NCBI GenBank assembly: GCA_010093605.1
Contig: MU004201.1
Location: 124,001-188,000, forward strand
From: Lophium mytilinum
Taxonomy: Eukaryota
Reading direction: 5' to 3'
Length of the DNA: 64,000 bases
Shown: piece after piece, positions 12,341 to 23,502 of the stretch
Numbering within the stretch: position 1 is the stretch's first letter
How the letters are laid out: each line of letters begins with the position of its first letter
Notes under the pieces: generated by a model
Database searches by the model: none
What the model saw: the letters and a program-made list of their open reading frames with translations, nothing else
What the model was told of the DNA's origin: nothing
Position numbers and translations under genes: made by a program

Positions 12341-15067
12341 ACCCGACATAATACTGAAGAGAAGCTAAAAGCTAAAAATTCTTAGCTCGCCGCTTAAACA
12401 ACGCGCACGCGCAGGACGGCCGTCGCGACTTTAACCGAGCTCGTCGCGACTCCAACCGGGCCCAGCGTGAAGTGTCTACTACTAAGACTAATAACCGTAT
12501 TATAGTTAAGAAGACCACTATAGTTCTATTGCTAAGCGTTCTACTACATATTTACTTGCGCCTAAGTAAAGAAGGACGCTGCTTTAGTTGCTTTATGCAA
12601 AACTACTGTGCTAGCAACCCTAAATGCGCTATAGCTAGAAAGACTATAATAGAGACTTAGCGCGATAAGCGCCTCGCCGCTGCTGGCATCAACAGTATAG
12701 AACTCAACGCTTTTAACTATAGTAGTAACTAGGAGTGTTAATATAAATATAAATACAACGAGGAATAAGGATAAGACAACAACGACCTAGGCGTTCATTC
12801 CGACGATTCGGGAAACGCTTGATCTCTAACGAAAGTCGTCGTTAAAGATGGTTAGAAGACACGCTAGCTTAAGCTCTCGCACGTATTTAAGAGCTCGAGC
12901 TACCTCCTCTAAAACTACCTAATATTAAGCTCTCCGCATGCGCTGTTGGGCTTACCCCTCTCTCTAGTAAGCAAATGGACTTCAACTGCAAGATTATTAC
13001 TTTAACTGGAACAGTTAAATTAACTGTTCTTATAGACTCTAGCTGTAGAGGCTTTGCGTTCATCTCTATAAGCTTTGCTAGATATTATAAGCTTAACGTC
13101 TATAAAGCCACTCTACGCAATATTAAGCTACTAAACGGATCTACTTCTATTATCGATTAAGCAGCTAAAGTTACTATGCAAATTAAAGGCTACTACAACA
13201 AGTTCTGGGCTCTAATATACAACCTTAAGGGCTACAATATTATTCTCGGCATGGGCTAGCTTATGACGCACGACGCTTATATAAAATTCAGTACCCGAAT
13301 AATGCAGCTAGACTTAGATTACTGCCGCTCCCGGTGCCTGGTTAACTATAAACCCGTTTATATCTAGTCTAAAGACCCCGTCGCCCGCACTAGTAAGCGC
13401 CTGTTCCAGTAGAAGCTCAACGCTTAGCTCGCTGCCCCTAAAACACTTAATATTAACGCAGTGTCCAGCGATAAGTATTTGTATAACTCTTAGTAATTAC
13501 TAGAGGAAGATACTATCTACGTATAGCCTAAACATTTCGAGCTGGCGCTCGCAGATAAGAAAATAGAAGCCTAAGCGCGCGCTAATAGACATCTATATAA
13601 ACCAGGTGATATTATTCTAGGTCTAGCTAATTTTACTAATAACTTGGCGGCCATTAGCCTCTACGCAATATTAAAGGACGACCAACGAAAGTTCTTTAAG
13701 AAGATAGAGCGCACGCTAATAACACGCGATGAATTTAAAGCACTAGTACCCAGGGAATATTATAGCTTTCTTAATGTATAGGACCCAAAAGAAGCTAATA
13801 AGCTTCCACTCTATTGTAAAGTAAAGGACGGCACTAACATCGACCACTACATTAATATTAAACTAGAAACTAAGGCCCCGGCCCGCAAAGTCTATAGACT
13901 CTTACAAGATAAGACATTAGTAGTTAAAACATTTATTAACAAGATGTACGGTAAGGGCTACATTAGGAAAAGCAATAGTTAATATGCAGCTCCTATTATC
14001 GTTGTCCACAAGCCAGGCGGAGGCCTACGCATCTGCGTTAATTATTGAGGCCTTAACGCTGTCACAATTAAGGCCCGCAACGTCCCTCCGGCCATAAAAG
14101 ACACCTTGGCCTTACTTAAACACGCCCGATACTATATAAAATTCAATGTCATTACTGCCTTCAACGCTATTTAAATGCGAGAAGGCGACGAAAAGTATAC
14201 GGCGTTCCTCACGAGATACGGCCTATTTAAATTCACCGTCCTGCCCTTTAGCTTGTGCAATGCCCCAGCGACGTTCTAAGCCTTTATTAACAACGTACTC
14301 TTAGAGTACTTAGACAATTTCTATACGGCGTATCTTAACAACATCCTTATTTTCAGTGAGATGTTGGAGGAACACGTAGGCCACGTTAAGAAGGTCCTCT
14401 AGCGACTCCGCAAGGCCGGCCTCTTCCTCGACATTACTAAGTGTAAATTCCATAAGCAGGAAGTTAAGTATCTAGGCGTTATTATTAGCGTGGACGGTCT
14501 TAAGATGGACCCAGCTAAAGTTAAGATAGTAGTTGATTAGCTATAACTATAAAACCTCCGTAACGTATAAGCTTTCCTGGGCTTCCGCAACTTCTACCGG
14601 CAATTTATTGTTGCCTATTCTAATATTGCAGGACCCCTTATAAGACTTACCAGGGCTAAGGTCCACAAGTAGTTCGCCTTTCTATAGCAGGAAGGCAGCT
14701 TAGAAGATTTCTCCTTTAAGCAAATAAAGCAAGCGTTTGTTAACGCTCCTGTGACGGATCTAGGCCTCTTTCCTAGCTACGAACCTAGCACGTGCCTGAT
14801 AGTCACGTGCTCGCTAGGAACATCGTTGTTCCGCCACCGGCGTGCCTCTCTAGATAGATCGCGAGCAGCCTCATACTCCGGCTCCTTGCAGCACGTCTTG
14901 TAATACAATCCTACTTCTCGTTTAATACACCTCCGTACCTTACTGCCCGTGACACTACGTGCTGCCTAAACACACGATTTTCTTTTCCACAACTCCGATT
15001 GCTCGTCGTAAAGTTACGCTGGACTATACTGCCAGCAGCCTTAACACCATCACTTTAGCATCAAATA

Positions 15068-15260
15068 GCCTGCGGGCCGCTCAGTTAAATAGCCTGCGGG
15101 CTGCTCAGCTAATAAGCCTACGGGCCGCTCATTAATCGGCCTACGGGTCTGCCTAGTCCACGGCCTGCGGGTTAGCTTAGTCAATCTGCTTAGTATACGG
15201 CCTGCGGGTCTGCTTAGTTACACGGCCTGCGGGTCTGCCCAGTCACACAGCCTGCGGGCG
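15068..15260 (+). repeat. Tandem ~24-bp GCCTGCGGG-core repeats in the Gypsy B leader (also at ~48190-48330 in copy 2)
   Basis: Repeated GCCTGCGGGCCGCTCAGTTAAATA / GCCTGCGGGTCTGCTTAGT units. Confidence 0.8.
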
Positions 15261-15636
15261 AATCTAAACAGCCTTGCCATAGGCTGTTACATACTTGCTA
15301 TATAAACAACCCTCTTCTTCGCATTACGTGGTTCTTATATAAGACTGCGCAGATTTTTCCTAATAATTTACCATACGCCGACCTGACTCAGGACCGGCCA
15401 TGTAGCCAATCCAACCAGCCGCCCTCTTCCTCTTTCTCTTCCTCTCTCTCACTCACCTCCTACCTACAACTTCCACCAACCCCCACGAAGCTGTGAGGGG
15501 CCCACTCCTGTACTATTCTGCGTAGCCATTAATCATCCTGCGCAACCGACGGGTTGACGGTTCCTCCATCATTTCGCGCGATACGCCAGTTGCGCGCTAC
15601 AGCTACCATTTCCTCTTACCAGCGCACCGCCCCACT

Positions 15637-17973
15637 ATGAGCACTGCTGAGAACCCCGTCTTCGTTGAATCCGAGCCTGACTCCGACCACGACAGCGATT
15701 CTACCTCTAGTGACGACCTAGCCATGTCAGTCTCTCCATTACAAGCCCGCCTTAAGCGCAAGCACCAGTCCTCCCAGGAGGACGAACCCGAACAATTCGC
15801 CCAAGACCCCAACGCCCCAGTTAACACTTAATTTACGTCCGCTACTATGGGACGGAGCCAGCAACAGGTCCCCCTTAATGATAACAACGACGACAAGACC
15901 GAAAACGTTAATAGCCCTTCCTTGGGAGCAATCAACACCCCAGGAAAGAAATAAGTTGGTGAAACCCTGTCACGCCTTATGGCGCAAACGCCGGGCAATT
16001 TCGTTGAAGACTCTACGTTTATCGACTATTCCACCGTCGGTAAAGATAAACAACTTGGCCTCATCTAAATTGATGACGCGAACACTTACCTCACGCTTAT
16101 TAAGGCCAACCCTATAAAACAGTTTCAGATCTTACAAGGATACAAGATGCAAGCCTAACGCGAAGAGATTGCACGCGAAGACGCTAAAGAGCGTTGCCGC
16201 GCACTACAGATTAAAGTTGATCTCGAACGCAACATCGCAAAGGAACAAGAGGATGCTGCCAAAGACAAGGAGGATAAAGTGCAGGAACTCTTGGAACAGG
16301 CAGAAGAACTCCAGAAGGAACTTACGGAAGCAAAGAGTGAATTTAATAAGCTTACTAGAGCCTCTACCAGCGAACAAGTGCAAGTCTATAAAGACAAGGT
16401 AGCTGCGCAGGAGACTGAACTCGCTAGTAAAGCTGACGAACTCCTCCACCTCTCCACAAAGAATGAGAAGCTCGAGCGGAAGCTGGAGGAAACTAAGGGG
16501 AAGCTCCAAAAGGCTATAGAACAAGCCGAGCGACAGGTTAAGAACCTAGCTATATACAAAGACAACTACCACAAGGCTAAAATAGCTTACGAACTTTAAG
16601 TGAGCAAAGTAACAAAGCTGGAGAAGGAAGCCATGAAGCTTCAACGCCAGACAATCGCCACCAACGCTATGGCGTCTACCCCTGAACAACAAGCTATACC
16701 AGTCAAGACCGCAGCCACGACTTCACGGAAGCTTGCCCAGCCTGATGCTATTAACAGTCTCTTTCCGATTGCATAACCTCTATTTGGCGGCGATGGCTAT
16801 AGCGACGACGAGAACCCGCGTAAGCGCAAAAAACGATCTAAGAAATCTCGTCGGAACAAGCGACGTGGCGATGATAACCCTAGCAGCTCTGACAGCTCTA
16901 CCAGCTTGTCCGATTCAGATGACGACCGCTGTAGTTCTGGTCGACACCACTCCAAGCGCCACCGCTCGCGCTTACGTTCGCGCTTAAGGTCGCACACACG
17001 CAACTACATTGCGGACGCCCCAGAATTCACCGGTGACAAGGTACAATACCCCGGTTGGAAGGCTCGCGTCATGCTTAAGATTTCCGGAGGAGGTTGTGAG
17101 TTTCGAAACGACCATCTACAGCTTGGGCATATGATCTCCCGGATCAAGCTTAACTTAGTGGCAGGACAATTTATAACCTCGAAGCAGATGTCTAAAGACA
17201 AACTTGTTACGCTAGCAGATGCGTGGGCCTTCCTTAACGATTGATTCCTCGACCCTGACATGGAGAATACGGCCCGAAACAAGATCCGCACAATGTTCTA
17301 AGAACAAAATGAATTAATAGACGATTTCTGGAGCCGTATTACGGAGCAAGCCAATATGATACCTAAATGGGACGACGACGACACGATGACCGTAATTCGG
17401 GAGCAAGGACTTGTCTGGGTCAACAAGGGCGCCACAATGGGAAAGCTGTTCGCTAGGACTGCGGACATGGTAGCAGCTATGCGCCGCTATTAGCGCAACA
17501 ACGACACATTAATCCGTGTCCATGCGGCACACCGCGCTAACCCAACTATCTAGCGGAGCCAGCGCGGCGGGCGGGGCGGATATCGAGGAGGCTACAATAC
17601 TTGTGGAGGCTATTAGTCGCAGCGCGGCTTATACACCTAAACTCCTTAGCCTAACCAACCTCTCGCCATTGCAGCCGCCGGTGTTAACAACACTAATCCG
17701 CGTACAGGTTAGCTATGGGCCCCAGTCAATGTTCCAAACGGCTAGAAACCCCCGGGCGTGATGACCGACGCTGAGCGCGCTACATTAAGAGCCAACGGCA
17801 CCTGCTACCGCTGTCGCATACCCGGCTGCGAGAAGGACAACCCTAATTGCCCCATGGCTTAGCTTGTAGCTTAGCGCCCGGCTCCACCTCCACGTCAACC
17901 TGGCGCCCTAGCTATTCGCGCCATGAACTTAGTCACTTAGCAAGGACACGGCCATGGATAGGGAAATGCTTAG
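15637..17973 (+). pseudogene. gag: Gypsy B gag (coiled-coil N-terminal region, capsid, CYRC knuckle), RIP stops
   Basis: ORF pieces at 15637, 16279 and 16906 (APEFTGDKVQYPGWK), and TCYRCRIPGC near 17800. Confidence 0.85.
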
Positions 17974-20900
17974 CCCTAGGTCACAGCCGCGACTTAGGGC
18001 CTACGGTAAGTGGTTCTAACTTGGTACTAGTTACACGGTCAGCATATAAAGGAATAGTGGGCACGATAAATAAGCTGGATAAACTTAGGCTAGAATCCAT
18101 GGACACTCTTAAGATTAGCGAGGCTTCAATTCGGACGGATGTCCCTCTCCAGGACAAGTACCATTTAAAGCTTATAGGAGACGTCTAGACATATAAAAAT
18201 AGTAAGCCTCTATCTACAACACCCACCCTTTCTCTACTTGATAGTGGAGCTACACGTATCTTTATTGACACCACTTACGCGCATACTAATAACCTTCCCC
18301 TCATTCCCCTAATAAAAGCTCGTACCCTCGAACTCGCAGACGGAGGAGCCGTTGCGAAGAAGATTACTTACGCCGCACTTGTCTATTTTAGTCTAAATGG
18401 GCACGCGGAATAATTTGAAGCTTTCGTCACAGACCTTAGTCCGGCGTCAATCATCCTAGGCTACGAATGGCTTGAAAGACACAACCCCGCGATCGATTGG
18501 CAAGAACACCGCGTTGATTTCTTCCGCCCGTACTGCAGGCGTTACTGTATAAGGAACAGCTCAACTATATTAGTGTGGAGCCCGTCCCATCGCCCTTAAG
18601 CTGCTCTCTCTCCTGCAATAGAGAACGACGCGGTTGACACGCACTACGTTTTAGCTGGGCCAACTCATGCCTACATGCGAAAGGGCTAGCTCACGGAGGA
18701 GCTGCCGCTCCACGTACTGCAAGAAATCGACGCTAATCACGACATATTAATATATAACAACGGTATCCAGGTCCTCATTATATAACAAGGCACTAACGTA
18801 CCTAAACGCGTTAACGCAATTACTATGACGGACATTAATAAGTTTCTGCGGGCCAAGACCTACATGACCAAGGAGGACATTCTGCGCAAGCTTCCTAAGG
18901 AATATCATTAGTTTGTTGACGTATTTAATCAAACCGACGCCAATACGCTTCCACCTAATCGACCCGGTGTAGACCATGAGATCTATCTACTCCCTGGAGC
19001 AGAAGAGAAACTTCTACGAGCGCGACCGTACCCAATGTCAAAGGGTGAACTCCAGGTAGTAAAGAAATGGATAGACGACAACCTCGCCAAAGGCTTCATT
19101 AAACCAGCTCAATCTAATATATCTTCGCCAATTCTCCTCGTCCGCAAGCCGGGCGGCGGAGTACGTTTTTGCGTGGACTACCGCGCCGTCAATGCCCTCA
19201 CTGTTAAATTACAGTATCCTATTCCATTGATACAAGAAACCGTAAACCGGCTTAGCCACGCTAAGTGGTTCACTAAACTAGATATTATCGGCGCATTTAA
19301 TAGAATCCAAATGAGACTAGAAGACGAGCGTTTTATAGGGTTTGCAATACGCTATGGCGCATTTAAGTCTAAAGTCCTTCCGTTTAGTCTTACAGGGGGA
19401 CCAGCGACCTTCTAGGGCTACATTAACAACGCACTTTACGACTTTCTCGACGATTTCTACTCCGCATACTTGGACGATATTCTAATATACTCTACAGATA
19501 AGGCTCAACACGAGGAGCACGTTAAAAAGGTGCTCCAGCGGTTACGCAAGCACGGCCTGCAAGCCGACATTGAGAAATCAGAGTTCAGCGTTAAACAGGT
19601 GAAGTACTTAGGCCTAATTATCACCACAAACGGTATACGTATGGATCCGGAAAAAGTGGAAGCTATTATAAGCTGGCAGACACCTACGTGCATTAAAGAC
19701 GTGCAAGCTTTCCTCGGCCTGGCTAACTTCTACCGGCGTTTTGTTCACGGCTTCTCTTGCATTGTTTACCCACTCACTTTAATGATGCGCACATCCGACA
19801 GTAACAAGAAGAACAAGAAAGGGAGACCTCAGCTAAAATTTGCATGGACTAATGATTGCGAGAAAGCGTTCTAAGTCCTTAAAGAAGCTTTCACTTCTGC
19901 GCCGGTACTAGCCCACTTCTAATACGGTAAGAAGGTCTATGTTGAAATAGATGCATCTAATTATATTGTCGCTGGCGTTATGTCGCAAATAGGAGAAGAC
20001 GGGCTTTTGCACCCCGTCGCCTTCTTCTCTACAAAGATGACGCCGCAAGAGACCAACTACGAGATATACGACAAGGAACTCCTAGCAATCATTAAAGCTT
20101 TCGAACAATGGCGCCCCGAACTCGCCAGTGCGGACCCAGAGGATCTAACTGAGATCCTTACGGATTACCGTAACTTGGAATGGTTTATGACAACCAAGCA
20201 GCTCAATAGACGACAAGCGCGATGGGCAGAGTTCCTTGCCGGATTCAATTTCAAGATTATTTATCGGCCAGGAGTATTCGGTGTCAAGCCCGACAGCTTA
20301 ACTAGACGTTCACAAGACTTGCTATAAGGACCAGACGACCCGCGCAATTAATTTCAACATCAGACAATACTTAAGAGCCATTACTTGGGTCTAGGCGTAG
20401 CACCGATCGTTAGCGATAAGGAACTGGATAATACATTTGAGGATACCGAATAGATAAGCTATATAATGAGTAGCCCGTCGGCCGACTCTATACTAAGCTC
20501 CTTGTTTAAAGAGCTTCTATGTCACCTCATGCTCGACCCGTTACCAGCCGCAAGCCTCCATCTTAACTTCTTCCAGCTCGCTCCCGCTACTATACAAGAA
20601 GACGGCGCACTGCCTGCAAGGGCGCCTGAACCTGGTGACAAGCCTAAACAATTACTTAGTGATCTAATTGGCGACGCGTATTAATTACCATTGCCACCGG
20701 AGGAACCGATAGACCCCGCAGTGCACTCGCTGATAGCGTTGGTGCGGAAGGAGGCGCGCACTCTCCCTACGGAACTACGATAGTTGCTTGGCAACCTCAA
20801 CATGGGCGCGTTCGAGGTTATTGGCAACGACGCGGACGCCCGCTTATACTATCACGGCAGATTATATATTCCAGATCACGCCGCACTACGCCTACGTCTA

Positions 20901-22406
20901 CTGCAGGTCTCGCATATAGTACCAGCCAGTGGTCACCCAGGAAAGCACGGGACGTATAAGCTCCTCTAGAGGTATTACTTCTAGCCTAAGATGATGGAGT
21001 TAGTTAAGTAATTCACCAAGGCCTGTTATGGTTGTCGCCGAGCCAAGGCTTCTAGAAGCAAGAAGTAAGGCCTACTTCGCAGCTTGCCCGTAGATAAACA
21101 CCGTTAGACCGATATTGCATTCGATTTTGTTACAGATCTTCCTCCCTGTGTTAGGAACGGTATTAAATACACCTTAATCCTCGTTGTTATTGACCGCTTG
21201 TCTAAGCAACGACACTATATCCCTATGGCAGGAATGACAGCTAAAGACGTCGCCGACGCGTTTGTACGGGAAATCTTCCGCCTACACGGGTTACTACAGA
21301 GGATTGTTAGTGACTTGGGCACCAACTTTATATTGGACTTCTGGCGCCGCGTTTATACGCGCCTAGGCGTTAATCCATAAATGTCTACGGCGTATTACCC
21401 TAAAACGGATGGGTAGACGGAGAACGCTAACTCGTTTATAAAAGCCTTTCTACGGCTATTTGTTAACTACCAGCAAAGTGACTAGGTCGACCAGCTGCCT
21501 ATTGGCGAATTTGTTGCGAATAACACAGTTAACGCCTCCATAGGGTTCTCACCCTTCTTCTTTAACCATGGTTTCTATCCAAGGCAAGGCATGGAACCGC
21601 TAGCTCCCCTAGAATAAGGCCTTGTCCACCACACCCGCATAAACTTAACGCTTGCTAACTAATACGTTACTTATCTGCAAGAGGTGCTCACAGAGGGACA
21701 ACAGCGGATGACCTGGGCTAAGGACAGGCAAGCTGAATTTGTAAATCGACACTGTAACCCGCCACCACTGATGAGAGTGAATGATTGGGTCTGGCTCGAC
21801 GCCCGGAACGTTAAAACGGAACGTAAGAACAAGTCCTTAGACCACAAGAACATCGGACTATACTAAATTAAGAAAGTTATTAACTACGGCGCTATATATA
21901 AACTTAAGCTTCTATAGGACATGCTAGCTAAATAAGTATAGCCTGTGTTCTTACTATACTTGCTACACCTTAATGACTCTCAACCGATTGAGGGTCAACG
22001 ATAACCCGAGCCGCCGCCCGTTGTAGTAGTTGATGAAGGAGGACAAGAGAATATAGAGTATCCGATTAAGGACATTATCGCTAGCAGATGGCGACAACGC
22101 GGATGCTACCAGGAATTACAATATAAGCCCTGGTGGACTGGTTACACTGCACTAAGTAATTGGGAGAATTGGAGCTGCTTTAAGGGAGAAGGCGCTTGGA
22201 AACTAGTATAGCGTTTCCACTAGCTACACCCGCGTAAGGATGGGCCCTACTAAGACTTTCCAAAACCACCGGAAGGATGGCGACACGACGAGGACCCGGA
22301 TTTGAACGATAACCTGGACTTGAACGATAACGAGCACCCCGCTGCGCGTATAGTAGCCCTACGGCCAGAATTAGTTAAAGTTAACAGCTTGAAGATTACG
22401 ACGTAA
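17961..22406 (+). pseudogene. pol: Gypsy B pol (PR-RT-RNase H-IN-chromodomain), RIP stops
   Basis: LLDSGAT (~18235), [47 protein letters not shown], and a chromodomain-like region ~22060-22250. Confidence 0.93.
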
Positions 22407-23502
22407 GCTATAAGGTCAGCTAGCTGATCAAAGTAAGACCGAACTCTTCGCTTTAGATTGGATCCTCCGCCGCACGGTTTCCGCCAAGTCGTTAGAGAAG
22501 GTTGTTACCTAGTAACGTTGTGAGCACGCCGCCGCAAGACTCTAGGTTTATCTACGATTATAGGTTGTAGTGCAGTGCGCACCGGACTCCCGCTAAGTAT
22601 ACTGAGGTTATAGGGCTACTAATACATAAGGCAAAACGCTTACTAACGTTCTAATTCCATCACGATCAGTCCTTCCATTACGATCAGCCCTTCCATCACG
22701 ATTAGTCCTTCTATTACGATTAGCCCTTCCATTACAGCCGCCTCCTGCATACTCGCCACGGCTCCGCAGCCTTACGGTTTGTACAGCTCTTATTTGGAGG
22801 AGGGGTTTCCTTTATTAAGGGGGGGGGTAGTGTGACGGATCTAGGCCTCTTTCCTAGCTATAAACCTAGCACGTGCCTAATAGTCACGTGCTCGCTAGAA
22901 ACATCGTTGTTCCGCCACCGGCGTGCCTCTCTAGATAGATCGCGAGCAGCCTTATACTCCGGCTCCTTGCAGCACGTCTTGTAATACAATCCTACTTCTC
23001 GTTTAATACACCTCCGTACCTCACTGCCCGTGACAGCTCCTTAGATAGCTTATTTTAATCTAGACCTAGAGACGTGGGTGGAATGCAACGCATCTAATAC
23101 TGTTACGGCTGCTATACTGTCTTAAATGCAGGCTAACGGGGTCCTCCGCCCTATCGCGTTTATGTCTCATTAAATGAGCGCGGCCTAACTTAATTACTAG
23201 ATCTATAATAAAGAGCTTCTAGTAATTATTTACGCCTTTAAAGAATGGCGCATAGAGCTAGCAGGCTACGGGCACGGCGATCTAATTAAAGTTCTTTTAG
23301 ATTATTGGACCTTACAATACTTTATAGAAACTAAGCAGCTTAATTAAAGATAGGCTAGATGGGCTAAATTCCTCTCTAAATTTAACTTCCGGATTACTTA
23401 CAGGCCAGGCAAAGATAATAGCAAAGCTAACTTGCTAACCAGGCGCCCAGGTAATATACCGGATAAGAACGACAAGCGCTATAAAATCTAGCAATAGACT
23501 AT

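Larger units (their letters stand above)
14750..23035 (+). mobile_element. Gypsy family B, full-length copy 1 (205-bp LTRs 14750-14954 and 22831-23035, TSD GCTCC)
   Basis: TGTGACGG...CCGTGACA LTRs are nearly identical. GCTCC at 14745-14749 and 23036-23040. PPT G-run at 22819-22830. Confidence 0.97.
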
